From a virus: 64,000 nt of DNA. Made by a program: the position numbers and the translations under genes. The notes under the pieces are model-generated. The model was given only the letters and a program-made list of their open reading frames with translations. It made no database searches and was not told the DNA's origin. How positions within the stretch are numbered: the first letter of the stretch is position 1; the number at the start of each line of letters is the position of its first letter. Below, piece after piece: positions 46,389 to 56,216 of this stretch. Location of the stretch: IMG/VR virus record IMGVR_UViG_3300032097_000030. One strand, given 5' to 3'.

Positions 46389-47618
46389 TTATTCTGGTTT
46401 TGGTACATCTTTATAAGATATTTTTTTACCATCTCGTTCAAGAAAGACCCCAGCATCTGAACCGGCTTGCTCAATAAATCTCTTTACAATGACATCGGTG
46501 TATTTTTCATCCAGCTCTACCGTATAACAAATTCGGTTTGTTTGTTCACAGGCAATAAGGGTAGAGCCGCTACCACCGAAAGGGTCAAGGACAATGCAAT
46601 TGCTCATGCTGCTGTTTTGGATTGGATAGGCGCAAAGAGCCACCGGTTTCATAGTCGGATGAAGTTCATTCTTTGACGGCCTATCAAAGTTCCAGATGGT
46701 ACTCTGTTTTCTGTCGGTATACCAGTTATGCTTACCCTCTTTTAGCCATCCGAAAAGAATAGGTTCGTGTTTCCATTGGTACGGGCTCCTGCCAAGAACA
46801 AGACTCTGCTTGGCCCAGATACAAACACCGGATAAGTAAAAGCCTGCATCTTTGAAGGCCTTTCTAAAGTTATAGCCTTCGGTATCCGCGTGGAAAACAT
46901 AGATGGATGCATCCTTTTCCATATAAGCAGCTACGTTGGTGAAGGCTTTAAGCAAAAATTTGTAAAACTCTTCACCCCTCATGTTATCGTTCTTAATATT
47001 GCCGGCTTGGGCAGAGTAATTCACATTATATGGCGGGTCCGTTACTACCAGGTTGGCTTTCTGCCCATTCATAAGCACCCGGTGAATCTCTGAGTCGGTA
47101 CTATCCCCACACACAAGTCGGTGCCTTCCAAGCAACCACACATCACCCTTTTTTGTTATCGCCGGTTCGGCCAACTCCTCATCTACGTCAAAGTCGTCTT
47201 CCTCAATCTCTTTATCGTGGATCTCATTGAAAAGCTGATCAATTTCCGGTGGGTCAAAACCGGTGAAGGAAACGTCATAATCCAGAGACTGCAAATCCTT
47301 AATCAGATCAGCCAGCAGCTCTTTATTCCACTCGCCACTAATTTTATTTAAGGCCACATTCAGAGCTTTTTCCTTTGTTTTATCAATGTCGATTACCACA
47401 CAATCAATCTCTGTATAACCCAATTCCTTTAAAACGGTAATCCGTTGATGTCCACCAATCACCGTCATATCCCTATTAACTATAATGGGATCAACATAAC
47501 CGAATTCAGTTATGCTGTTCTTAATCTTTTCAAACTCGCTGTCACCCGGCTTAAGTTTTTTCCTTGGGTTGTAACCAGCGGGAATCATATCATCTATTTT
47601 TAGTTTTTTAAATTCCAT
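46389..47618 (-). CDS. ParB-N + DNA adenine methyltransferase (beta class)
   Basis: YNPRK...GGHQR ParB-like; DPPY motif IV before LDPFGGSGSTL motif I; likely start ATG 47618. Confidence 0.9.
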   Translation of the reverse strand: MEFKKLKIDDMIPAGYNPRKKLKPGDSEFEKIKNSITEFGYVDPIIVNRDMTVIGGHQRITVLKELGYTEIDCVVIDIDKTKEKALNVALNKISGEWNKELLADLIKDLQSLDYDVSFTGFDPPEIDQLFNEIHDKEIEEDDFDVDEELAEPAITKKGDVWLLGRHRLVCGDSTDSEIHRVLMNGQKANLVVTDPPYNVNYSAQAGNIKNDNMRGEEFYKFLLKAFTNVAAYMEKDASIYVFHADTEGYNFRKAFKDAGFYLSGVCIWAKQSLVLGRSPYQWKHEPILFGWLKEGKHNWYTDRKQSTIWNFDRPSKNELHPTMKPVALCAYPIQNSSMSNCIVLDPFGGSGSTLIACEQTNRICYTVELDEKYTDVIVKRFIEQAGSDAGVFLERDGKKISYKDVPKPE

Positions 47619-48054
47619 CTTCTTCACTCCAAAATCTTGATTTGATATAGCAGTCATGGCAACAATACTTTCGTTTCTTGTTCCCGTAGCAGCTAAACTC
47701 CTTGCCGCAATGCGGGCAAGTATATTGATAGGTTGCTGTGTCCTTTTTGTTCCTTGCTTGGGGATTTTCTCTCCACCATTTCCGCCGGCAAAATTCCGAG
47801 CAAAACTTCCGCACCCTTCCGCGTCCTTTTTGTTTAATAGGTTTGCCACAATAGGAGCAGAGGAGATGATTTTTAATTTTTTCTTTAACGTTAAGTGCTA
47901 CAACTCTCGAATCCCCATCGAGGCCATTTCTTTTACAATAGCCACGAACGCTATCTCGGGACTTCCCTAGCACTGCAGCAATGGCCTTATATCCAACCCC
48001 TTTAAGCCGGAGGTCATGAATTTGCTGCTTTTCCACTTCCGTCATCTCTCGCAC
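47608..48054 (-). CDS. HTH + CxxC zinc-finger protein, paralog of 23525..23962
   Basis: GYKAIAAVLG.SRDSVRGYC; CSYCG, FCSEFCR, CPHCG, YCCHDCY. Confidence 0.75.
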   Translation of the reverse strand: MREMTEVEKQQIHDLRLKGVGYKAIAAVLGKSRDSVRGYCKRNGLDGDSRVVALNVKEKIKNHLLCSYCGKPIKQKGRGRVRKFCSEFCRRKWWRENPQARNKKDTATYQYTCPHCGKEFSCYGNKKRKYCCHDCYIKSRFWSEEDGI

Positions 48055-48347
48055 TCCTTTCTTCGTGTGCTGTGTTCAAAATGGCAACAAAAAAACGTCT
48101 TAGATAGCTCTATATCAGCTTCTTAAAACGTTCTTTCGTTTAATCTAAATTTGCAGCTGTAGTGGCACAGTTTTTACATTATGTGCAGTACTTTCGATAT
48201 AATCGACCTTAAATAATATTATTATAAATTAATTAGTTATGCCCTTGATTTCGTAAAGAAAAGATTTTTACCAGTTATACATTATGTCATAAAAGTTGTA
48301 TGATTTGGCATACGATTAAACAAATAGAAGGAGGTGTTGAATCCAGT

Positions 48348-48866
48348 ATGTTTTTTAGATCGAAGTTATCTGCAAAAAGACTTAATGATCTTTTAAACAA
48401 TGCTTTAATACATAAGATTAGCAATTGTGAATATACCTTGCATGACCACTGGAAAACCATTGCACTTAAACTTGAAAACGCTGAAATAATGAAACGGTTT
48501 TGTGAGCAAGGAGGTACTAATGGAGACGAAACTATAGTAGATATAACAATTACTTTATTAAATGGAAATGCGTGTCTAGTTGTTTATAAGGCTCCTATTG
48601 AGTTTAATTTACTTGATGGTCGGACGTATGATGATAAAGAAAATAGAGAGTTTAGTAGTAATTTAAATTGGATTCATCAAGGTCCCTGGTGCATTGAGAT
48701 TCTATCCCAAGTTGAGGATCTTGAAAAAGATATTGTCATCAGAAAGGAAAATTTACAAAAAGAAAAGTTAAACCATAAGGAAAAAGAACAAAAAAATATC
48801 GAAACTAGAATTGATTATTTTACAAAGGTTTTTAGCCGTAACTCCAGTTCACATAAAACAAAATAA
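48348..48866 (+). CDS. hypothetical AT-rich moron, opposite strand
   Basis: RBS AGGAGGTG before ATG 48348. Confidence 0.6.
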   Translation: MFFRSKLSAKRLNDLLNNALIHKISNCEYTLHDHWKTIALKLENAEIMKRFCEQGGTNGDETIVDITITLLNGNACLVVYKAPIEFNLLDGRTYDDKENREFSSNLNWIHQGPWCIEILSQVEDLEKDIVIRKENLQKEKLNHKEKEQKNIETRIDYFTKVFSRNSSSHKTK

Positions 48867-49090
48867 GTCCAGGCAATTTTGGAGCTTCAAAGTAATTAAA
48901 AAACTTTTTGCAAAATTAACTACTGCATATAAACCATGTACTACAGCTTATTCCAATGGCACCGTTACTTCAACCGCAAAATAATAGCCAAATACATTTA
49001 ACTTATTTATAACCTCATCGCAAATTCCAAGAGGTCGTAAAGTCTTATCGCTACTGAATTTTATAACTCTTTCACCATCTAAAGGATAAC

Positions 49091-49182
49091 CCCCCTTATT
49101 AAATTCCGCGAAAATTTACGCGAAGGGGGCGGACGGTCCCCAGGTCAAGGGTTGTAGGGATTTCAGGCCTCCTGGGGGGTCG
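49091..49182 (-). other. putative cos/packaging signal region
   Basis: GC-rich non-coding CCCCCCAGGAGG...CCGTCCGCCCCCTTCGCGTAAATTTTCGCGG...GGGG between HNH and terminase genes, the usual cos position in HNH-terminase phages. Confidence 0.45.
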
Positions 49183-49190
49183 GTAAATCT

Positions 49191-49733
49191 TCAACGCATT
49201 TGCCATAAAACTAAATCTACTTTTTTGATATCACTTACGTTAACGTCCTTGTATCGGTTGTCAAAGAGTTCGATTAGTCTTTCTGCATCAGCAGTCACCA
49301 TAAACGCTTCATACCAATGTTTAATCCTGCTGTAGATATCGATAGTCTTTTCAAGTCGATTCTTACTTGAATAAGCTGGTTTTTTAAAACCGATGTTTTG
49401 CAGGACAAATGTGTCCCAGACAGGCAATTGGGGATTTATTGTTGCTGCTAACTTGCTAGAAAAAGATGCCTCTATTCTTTCAAATTTGTTGTAGAAATGT
49501 TTAAGCACTTCAGAGAAAGTAACTTCCCTGGATTTATTCCTTTCCATGTACAGATAGTACTCTTTATAAAATTCCGCCTTTCTTTGGCGCATGCGGTAAA
49601 AGCCATTATACTTTTTCCGAAACTGCGTGTCTTTTGAGACATCAACCTTATGCAGCAATTTCATTATTTGTAAATACTTTTCTAACCCCGGTTCTACTCT
49701 TTCAATAGCTTCTAAGGCCTTCGCCATATCCAT
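49191..49733 (-). CDS. moron protein with SFSSK...P..PVWD motif (HhH-glycosylase-superfamily-like?)
   Basis: 180-aa ORF; EASFSSKLAATINPQLPVWDTFV. Confidence 0.5.
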   Translation of the reverse strand: MDMAKALEAIERVEPGLEKYLQIMKLLHKVDVSKDTQFRKKYNGFYRMRQRKAEFYKEYYLYMERNKSREVTFSEVLKHFYNKFERIEASFSSKLAATINPQLPVWDTFVLQNIGFKKPAYSSKNRLEKTIDIYSRIKHWYEAFMVTADAERLIELFDNRYKDVNVSDIKKVDLVLWQMR

Positions 49734-49800
49734 GCTTTAATTCCCCCACTGTAAAATACCTTACTTAAATACTAGCATATCTTACCTTTATTTGGTATGC

Positions 49801-50154
49801 CTAGTAGCTATACCTTGGGTGTCGATCCTCTGTCATCGTCTTCCGATCATGACATTTCTTACATAAAGGCTGCCAGTTATTTTCATCCCAAAAGAGAGTC
49901 TTATCTCCCCGATGCGGTTGTATGTGGTCCACTACCGTAGCAGGGGTAAGCTTTCCCTCCTTTTCACAGTACTTGCAGAGGGGATTAACTTTTAAAAACC
50001 TCTTACTGGCTTTCCTCCAGCGATTGCCATAGCCACGCTCTCTGGCACTTGGTCTGTCACCTTGATGCAGCCGCACATGAAATTCGCAATAGGTTTCGTC
50101 AGCGAGTAAAGGACAGCCCGGATGTTTACAAGGCTTCTTGGGTTTCATTGGCAT
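49801..50154 (-). CDS. HNH endonuclease (packaging-associated)
   Basis: RGYG.RW, C..C...G...ATVVDHIQPH.GD...FWD..NWQPLC..CHD.KT. Confidence 0.93.
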   Translation of the reverse strand: MPMKPKKPCKHPGCPLLADETYCEFHVRLHQGDRPSARERGYGNRWRKASKRFLKVNPLCKYCEKEGKLTPATVVDHIQPHRGDKTLFWDENNWQPLCKKCHDRKTMTEDRHPRYSY

Positions 50155-50188
50155 CTATGTCAACTCCATACTTATCAAAGTGTGCATA

Positions 50189-50223
50189 AAGAAAGCCCTG
50201 GAAGGAACATCCTCCAAGGGCCT
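50189..50223 (-). terminator. hairpin after ArpU-like gene
   Basis: GCCC-TGGAGGA/TCCTTCCA-GGGC + TTTCTTT. Confidence 0.5.
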
Positions 50224-50258
50224 GCGTTATATGCTTCTTGTACAGTTTATATTATATC

Positions 50259-50693
50259 TTAGGGTGACTGTGCAAAACAATGCAAAGAAATGTCCAGTTT
50301 TACTTTTTTTAATGCTTTTGCATGAATATAGTGGACATTACGCCAACCGTAGTTCATGTGCTCTGCAATTTCTTCCCAAGTCTTGTAATTCAAATACCTA
50401 AGTTCCAGCAAAAGATGATACTCGGGTTGCTTCACTGAATTAATAACATTAATGATGTCCCGTTTTAAATCCACCAGCTTATCAATATCTCTATCAATCT
50501 CATGCTCAAGATCTACCAACTTAACAACGGCATTTTCCATGGGACTTCTGTTCTTTGTACCGCTTACTCGCTCGGCATGAATGGTAGCAGTGGCTTTGCT
50601 AGAAAGTTCTCTTAGGTTAGCCACCTGCTCAAGTTTACTATTAATTCTCTGGTCTAGGTGAAAGGCCTGGGATAAATATTCCTTTGCGTTCAT
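50259..50693 (-). CDS. ArpU/RinA-like late transcription regulator
   Basis: AKEYL.Q...LLELRYL....WEEIA..M.Y..R.V...H.KAL. Confidence 0.85.
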   Translation of the reverse strand: MNAKEYLSQAFHLDQRINSKLEQVANLRELSSKATATIHAERVSGTKNRSPMENAVVKLVDLEHEIDRDIDKLVDLKRDIINVINSVKQPEYHLLLELRYLNYKTWEEIAEHMNYGWRNVHYIHAKALKKVKLDISLHCFAQSP

Positions 50694-52048
50694 TACATCA
50701 ATCCCCCTTTGAATGTAGCCTTGACCGCATCGATGAGTGCGGCTTGTGTATTGTCCTTATCTTTCAGAGCTTTCATCACTCGCTCGTCTATCGTTTCTTT
50801 AGCTATAAGATGGTGAATGACTACAGTGTCCTTTTGTCCTTGCCGCCAAAGCCTGGCATTGGTCTGCTGATAAAGTTCCAGGCTCCATGTCAAACCGAAC
50901 CAAACAAGGGTGGATCCGCCAGTTTGCAGGTTCAATCCATGTCCGGCCGAAGCGGGGTGGACTGCTGCAATGGGGATTTCACCGCTGTTCCACCGTTTGA
51001 TGGAATCAGAACTGTCCAGTGTTTCCACTGCAAACCGCTTTTTGATTCGGGCAATATCGTGCTTAAACCAATAGGCTATTAGGACAGGCTTTCCATTGGC
51101 TGCTTCGATTAGATCCTCCAAAGCGTCTAGCTTACGGTCGTGAATGTGTATCACCGCACCATCATCGTCATACACGGCACCATTTGCCATCTGCAAAAGT
51201 TTGCCGGATAGCCCAGCTGCGTTTGATGCTGTGATTTCTTCGCCTTTGATTGTAGCAATAAGGTCTCGTTTTAGGGTTTTGACAGTTTCCATTTCCTTTT
51301 CCGATAGCCGGACAGGCACTTCGTTTAGTAGCAGTTCCGGCAGTTTGAGATAATCAGAACCCTTCATACTGATGGTAATGTCAGAAATCAGCTGATAGAT
51401 TGCTTCTTCTGCTCCAGGTCTTGGCTTATAGGAAAACACCACTTGTTGGTTACGCTTATCCGGCACAAAGTAGTTATCGCGGTATTTACCGATAAATCTT
51501 CCTAACCGCTGCCCTATATCCAAGAGCCGATACTCTGACCACAAATCCATTAGTCCATTTGAGGAAGGCGTGCCGGTCAAGCCTACAATCCTTTTTACTT
51601 TGGGCCTGACTTTCAGCAAGCTCTTAAACCGCTTAGCCTGGTGGGATTTGAAGGAAGACAACTCATCGATGGCCACCATGTCAAAGTCAAAGGGAATGCC
51701 GCTTCGGTGAACGAGCCACTCAACATTCTCCCGGTTGATTATATACACCTGTGCTTTCTGTAGGAGAGCTGATTTCCTTTGCTTTTCCGAGCCCACAGCG
51801 ACCTTGTATGTCAAGCCCTGCAAATGATCCCATTTTTCAATCTCGGCTGGCCAGGTATCCCTTGCTACTCTAAGTGGGGCAATGACCAACACCTTACGGA
51901 CGAGAAAGCTGTCCAGTGTCAAGTCAAAAATAGCAGTCAGCGTGATAACGCTCTTACCAAGCCCCATATCAAGCAGAACTGCTGCAACGGGATGGGAGAG
52001 GATATAGTCTGTTGCATAGACCTGGTATTCATGTGGTCTGTATTTCAT
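50693..52048 (-). CDS. SNF2-family helicase
   Basis: DMGLGKS, IDELS, LTGTP, SAGHGLNLQ, Q..ARLWRQGQ; likely start ATG 52048. Confidence 0.93.
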   Translation of the reverse strand: MKYRPHEYQVYATDYILSHPVAAVLLDMGLGKSVITLTAIFDLTLDSFLVRKVLVIAPLRVARDTWPAEIEKWDHLQGLTYKVAVGSEKQRKSALLQKAQVYIINRENVEWLVHRSGIPFDFDMVAIDELSSFKSHQAKRFKSLLKVRPKVKRIVGLTGTPSSNGLMDLWSEYRLLDIGQRLGRFIGKYRDNYFVPDKRNQQVVFSYKPRPGAEEAIYQLISDITISMKGSDYLKLPELLLNEVPVRLSEKEMETVKTLKRDLIATIKGEEITASNAAGLSGKLLQMANGAVYDDDGAVIHIHDRKLDALEDLIEAANGKPVLIAYWFKHDIARIKKRFAVETLDSSDSIKRWNSGEIPIAAVHPASAGHGLNLQTGGSTLVWFGLTWSLELYQQTNARLWRQGQKDTVVIHHLIAKETIDERVMKALKDKDNTQAALIDAVKATFKGGLM

Positions 52049-52310
52049 GAAGGATCCCTCCAATCTGTTCTGGTCCATCTATACAGAAAACCAAAAACCC
52101 AAGTGACTCCAACTGTCTTTTTCGTTTTTCCTGCAAAGGACGCATTTTCTTTCCTGGGGCTTTCACTTCCACAAAAGCTATTTTTCCATAAGACAGTAGA
52201 ATCAGGCGGTCTGGCATTCCATCGAAACCAGGTGATATAAACTTTAGTGCAAGGCCGCCCATGTCTTTTACCGCTCTGATCAGTTTTTGCTCTACAGTTT
52301 TTTCTCTCAT
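52029..52310 (-). CDS. VRR-NUC domain nuclease
   Basis: REK.VE, GMPDRL, FVEVKAPG; start ATG 52310. Confidence 0.9.
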   Translation of the reverse strand: MREKTVEQKLIRAVKDMGGLALKFISPGFDGMPDRLILLSYGKIAFVEVKAPGKKMRPLQEKRKRQLESLGFLVFCIDGPEQIGGILHEIQTT

Positions 52311-52575
52311 ATATCCTCCATAAAACTGTGTTCCTAGTCCCGAAAAAACCCTATACGCGCGTATATACGCGTCTGCATGTGTGTTATCTCTCTCTTTCTT
52401 TACTATTATTTTTAATAGTAATCTTCGGAACATAGGAACACAGGGTATTAGGCAACGCATTTTATAAGGGGCTGGCGCCTGTTCCGATGTGGTGTACCGA
52501 AAGATGTTTTTTGGTTCATCGGAACCAAACTATTCTGTCCCCAGAATGCACTTGTTCCAAGTGAACCAAATTTTT

Positions 52576-54921
52576 TCATGCCTTGGGAACGTAAAGCCAC
52601 TGTGGCCCGTATAGCGGAATTCGCTCTTTTTTCACAAGGCCACTCCAACCACCGATACCTGCCATAATTGCTGAAATTTCGTTGCCATCCATCCGGCGGA
52701 GATTGGCTCGATCTTTCCCAAAGCATTCACACCATATCTCCATATTGGAGACGGATTCACGCTTCCATACACCCATGCGTCTACTTTCACCGAATTCTGT
52801 ACCGTTAATAAAAGCCCGGCGTTCATATAAGTCCATGCTGTCCCAGTCCTCCGGCAGGAGCATGTCCAAGTAGTCCCGGACCAGCCCTTCTCGCTCATCA
52901 GACTCCATCGCTTCCCGCTGCTCATCCTTAGCAAGCTTTTCAAGACTAACATCCAGGTAGAGCTTTTCATTGGTTTTGACATAAGTAAGCGACTCTGCCC
53001 ATATCTGCAGGACTTCTTCTTGGGTAAGCTGCCAAGATTGTTTATTGCTGCTTCCCGGGGTTTTTACCGGCCAAAAGCGGCGATTACCTGTCGAGTCTCT
53101 TAAGTAGCCTTTTTCCGCATTGGTGGTGCCGAAAAAGACGCACTGCCTGAGGTGAGGGGTTGCCCTGCGCCCGAAGCTGGCGCGATAGATGTCGTTCTGG
53201 CGTGATAGGAAACTGCGAAGGGTTTCCACCTCAGCCTTTTTAAGTCCGGCGAGCTCTCCGATCTCCAGTAGCCAATACCCCTGCAGCTTCTCAGCGGCGG
53301 TTTTGTCTTTTGTGTCTGAAAGGCTGAGTGAATCGGAAAACCATTCGCCGCCAAGCTTAGCAATAAGTGTGCTTTTACCTCCACCCTGCGGGCCATTAAG
53401 CACCAACATGGAGTCAAACTTGATTCCCGGGGTTAACACCCGGGTAATAGCAGCACAAAGCGTTTTTCTGGTTACCGAGCGTACATAGGGGTTATCAGCT
53501 GCACCCAGATAATCGATCAAGAGGGTGTCCACACGGGGAACTCTGTCCCATTCTGGTAATGCTTCAATGAACTCCCTGATGGGATGGTATGAGCGATCAT
53601 CGGCGACCTTCGCTACCGCTACATCGTAGTTTCTTGCAGAGAAAGTTCCGTAGAGCGTGTCAATATAGCTGATTAACTGTGCATCATCCGCATCACGCCA
53701 AAACTTAGATGGGTGAGGCCAAGGCACGTCTCCTTTAATTTCAAGGCTGTCGGATAGCTGATTATATACAATGCTTTTCAGGTCCGAAGCGTTTTCTAAA
53801 ATTAAGATCAGGTTTCGAAGTGAGTTTTTAACGGTACCGGTCTTATCGAGTTCCAGTTGGTTTTCCCAATCTTCATCAACAAACTCACTTTCTGCCTGTG
53901 CTTTTCTTTCTTCAGCAAATTGCTCCTTCACCCGCTCATCTTTCAAAGCAAAATCGGTCATGGCTTTGAAGGAAGGCAGCTTGCTTGGCGCAGTATTGAT
54001 GGATACCTTTTCATCGAGATCTTGAAATTTGTGCACTCGAACCAAGTCGAATGCATTGAGCAGGGTGCCACTTGCAGGATCTGTCGCATGGTGGCTGTAT
54101 GCGAATTTTCCATCGTAAACCACCAGCCCGGCTGATGAGTCCGCTGGGATATAGTCAAAGCGACCGTTCATTGCACTTGGCTCGTAAACATCTGGTAAGA
54201 ACGTGTCAATAGCTTCTTCCGTAGTATAGGCTCTGCAAAATGCACCGATGACGCCTTCTTTGGCGAGCGGATCCGCCTGCTTGGTGATCTTGCGCTGAAC
54301 CACTTCTGACTGCCTAGAGGATACCGGCCACATCGAGGTATCCCGCCAATCTTCGTAATAGGAAAGGTATACATCAGGGTCAAGTAGAGGCCCCTCTTTT
54401 TCTTCAAAAACAAACTCTCCGTCTGAAGGTGTTGATGGCCAATACATCAAACGGGATGGTTCATAGGTGGTATCGTCAAAGAAATCAATGCCTATTTCCT
54501 TCGCTACCATTCGTCCAAGAGCCGGGTATTCATCTTCACTGACCTCGCGAGCCAGTGGTATAAGTAACCTTAGTCGAGGGAACTTGGGGGTGTTTTTGTG
54601 GGTAGAATAGATACAACATTTAAAATCGTGCAGTGTCTCTATCTGATCCCAGACTCCAGGTTTTGCATAATCCATATCAAGGGTAAGTAGAGAACGGCAA
54701 AGCACATAACCATTTCGGCGTTTGCCTTCACGCAGGGCACCGCCTACAAAGCCGCCCACGTCTTTGATAGCATCCTGTTGAGCGCGACTCATCTTGCGAA
54801 ACTCGGATACCGTTTCGGTTGTCCGGATGGTTGTCCTAACGCGGGCAGTGAAGTCCTCCCAGGTGATGTCTTTGTTCTTCCATTTCTTATCCATACGGCT
54901 GTTGCCAACCGCTATTTTCAT
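52576..54921 (-). CDS. primase-helicase, VapE family
   Basis: LDMD, YSTH, PRLRL; GPQGGGKST, EIGEL, FFGTTN, DSTGNRRF; start ATG 54921. Confidence 0.92.
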   Translation of the reverse strand: MKIAVGNSRMDKKWKNKDITWEDFTARVRTTIRTTETVSEFRKMSRAQQDAIKDVGGFVGGALREGKRRNGYVLCRSLLTLDMDYAKPGVWDQIETLHDFKCCIYSTHKNTPKFPRLRLLIPLAREVSEDEYPALGRMVAKEIGIDFFDDTTYEPSRLMYWPSTPSDGEFVFEEKEGPLLDPDVYLSYYEDWRDTSMWPVSSRQSEVVQRKITKQADPLAKEGVIGAFCRAYTTEEAIDTFLPDVYEPSAMNGRFDYIPADSSAGLVVYDGKFAYSHHATDPASGTLLNAFDLVRVHKFQDLDEKVSINTAPSKLPSFKAMTDFALKDERVKEQFAEERKAQAESEFVDEDWENQLELDKTGTVKNSLRNLILILENASDLKSIVYNQLSDSLEIKGDVPWPHPSKFWRDADDAQLISYIDTLYGTFSARNYDVAVAKVADDRSYHPIREFIEALPEWDRVPRVDTLLIDYLGAADNPYVRSVTRKTLCAAITRVLTPGIKFDSMLVLNGPQGGGKSTLIAKLGGEWFSDSLSLSDTKDKTAAEKLQGYWLLEIGELAGLKKAEVETLRSFLSRQNDIYRASFGRRATPHLRQCVFFGTTNAEKGYLRDSTGNRRFWPVKTPGSSNKQSWQLTQEEVLQIWAESLTYVKTNEKLYLDVSLEKLAKDEQREAMESDEREGLVRDYLDMLLPEDWDSMDLYERRAFINGTEFGESRRMGVWKRESVSNMEIWCECFGKDRANLRRMDGNEISAIMAGIGGWSGLVKKERIPLYGPQWLYVPKA

Positions 54922-55334
54922 ATTTCCTGCACCTCCTCGCATTTTTCGGTGAAGTATCTGATGGGAATGCCCCTCTTTTTCGCTTTACTGATCTCCCTAG
55001 CCATGCCGCCCGACACCCTGCCACCGAAGACCCATACCTCATCGCATTTACAGAGCAGGATGAGAGCGAATAATAGTCCAAGTTCGCGCTGTTCGCGATC
55101 CTCATCGTCCATAAACTGCGGGTAATGAAGGTGCGGCGCAAGGGGTATGTACTCCTTGTTGACTGCATACCTGCAATAGCCACGCGCACGGTTGATGTTG
55201 TGTTCAATGTTACCCGCAAAAGGGGAGCAGACATAAACGAGCCGACGGAATTGCTTCTTTTCCTCTAGTGCCACATTAGCCAAAGCTTCTGCTGCTGTGG
55301 GATCTGGATAACCTTCTGCATTGTACTTGTCCAT
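54918..55334 (-). CDS. DUF4406-like protein
   Basis: VYVCSPFAG...APH...CDEVWVFG...GM..EI. Confidence 0.75.
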   Translation of the reverse strand: MDKYNAEGYPDPTAAEALANVALEEKKQFRRLVYVCSPFAGNIEHNINRARGYCRYAVNKEYIPLAPHLHYPQFMDDEDREQRELGLLFALILLCKCDEVWVFGGRVSGGMAREISKAKKRGIPIRYFTEKCEEVQEI

Positions 55335-55336
55335 AA

Positions 55337-56128
55337 CTACTCCACCTCATCATCAGAGTCTTGTTCAATCAGTGGTAGCATGCCATGGTCCTTTAGAAGC
55401 TCATAAATGAACAATCGCCCTTTTTGAGTCCAGTAGGTGTGTACTTTAGAATGCATCGTTCCATCATTTCCGGGGTACGTATGGGTTTTCGTAGTCGTAT
55501 ATCCATGACGGGCATATTTTTGATACAGAAGCCAAATCTTACCCTGTCTAAATTGAACGCCAAGATTATGCAGGTATTCATTGAACCAGCGACCGGATTT
55601 TCCATAGTCCTTGGCAATGGTAGTGATGGATACCGCATCCTTGCAATTAAGCACCACGTCGTAGTAGCTTGCTTTGGGCTTCATCTCTGCAATCTGCTGT
55701 TCTTGAATACCTATGGCAGTCGTAAGTTCAGCGTTCTTTGTTCTTGCCGCCTTTAACTCCTGTAATGCCTTAATTAGAAAATCTGGATTGGCAAGCAACT
55801 CGTCTGTTGCGTAGAGCCCATGCTTTCGAATAGTAGGGAGAACCTCGTGGGTTACCCAACGCTTAAAATTTTTGGCCTCCGGTTTTCGAGAAACCAATAT
55901 GACACTATAAAGACCGCTTTCATTGATAATAGATACTTCTTGTCTTCCACCAGGGGTGTCGATAATATCGACTCCCTTTTCATCACTGTCCAGGCGGGCC
56001 ATAACATCGCGGTTGTTTCCAATGTCCAGTACACTGCAAACATCTTTGAGCACCCACCAAGGGCTTCCGTTTTTCACTACAGTTCTAACTGCGCTGCCTT
56101 CGTAACTAAAAACCTTTAAATCTTTCAT
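55337..56128 (-). CDS. antirepressor, Bro-N + ANT/KilA-C
   Basis: VRTV...PWW..KDVC, INESGLY, F..WVT.EVLP.IR; KPKASYYD, WTQKGR. Confidence 0.9.
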   Translation of the reverse strand: MKDLKVFSYEGSAVRTVVKNGSPWWVLKDVCSVLDIGNNRDVMARLDSDEKGVDIIDTPGGRQEVSIINESGLYSVILVSRKPEAKNFKRWVTHEVLPTIRKHGLYATDELLANPDFLIKALQELKAARTKNAELTTAIGIQEQQIAEMKPKASYYDVVLNCKDAVSITTIAKDYGKSGRWFNEYLHNLGVQFRQGKIWLLYQKYARHGYTTTKTHTYPGNDGTMHSKVHTYWTQKGRLFIYELLKDHGMLPLIEQDSDDEVE

Positions 56129-56216
56129 ATCAAAGCCTCCAGCATATAGTTGTAGGGCGACAAAACCTTGCCCTCACCTATAAGCCAAAAAAGAGGAGGT
56201 ATCGAACCCCCTCCAT

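Noticed and set aside
46389-47618. Methyltransferase as part of a restriction-modification system
   Set aside because: No adjacent endonuclease; orphan ParB-MTases are routine in this phage type
46389-47849. 486-aa version of the methyltransferase
   Set aside because: Upstream part overlaps 47608..48054; ParB homology starts at ATG 47618
48950-49090. Minus-strand open stretch GGYPLDGERVIKF...VPLE
   Set aside because: No start codon, preceded by a stop; at most a gene scrap
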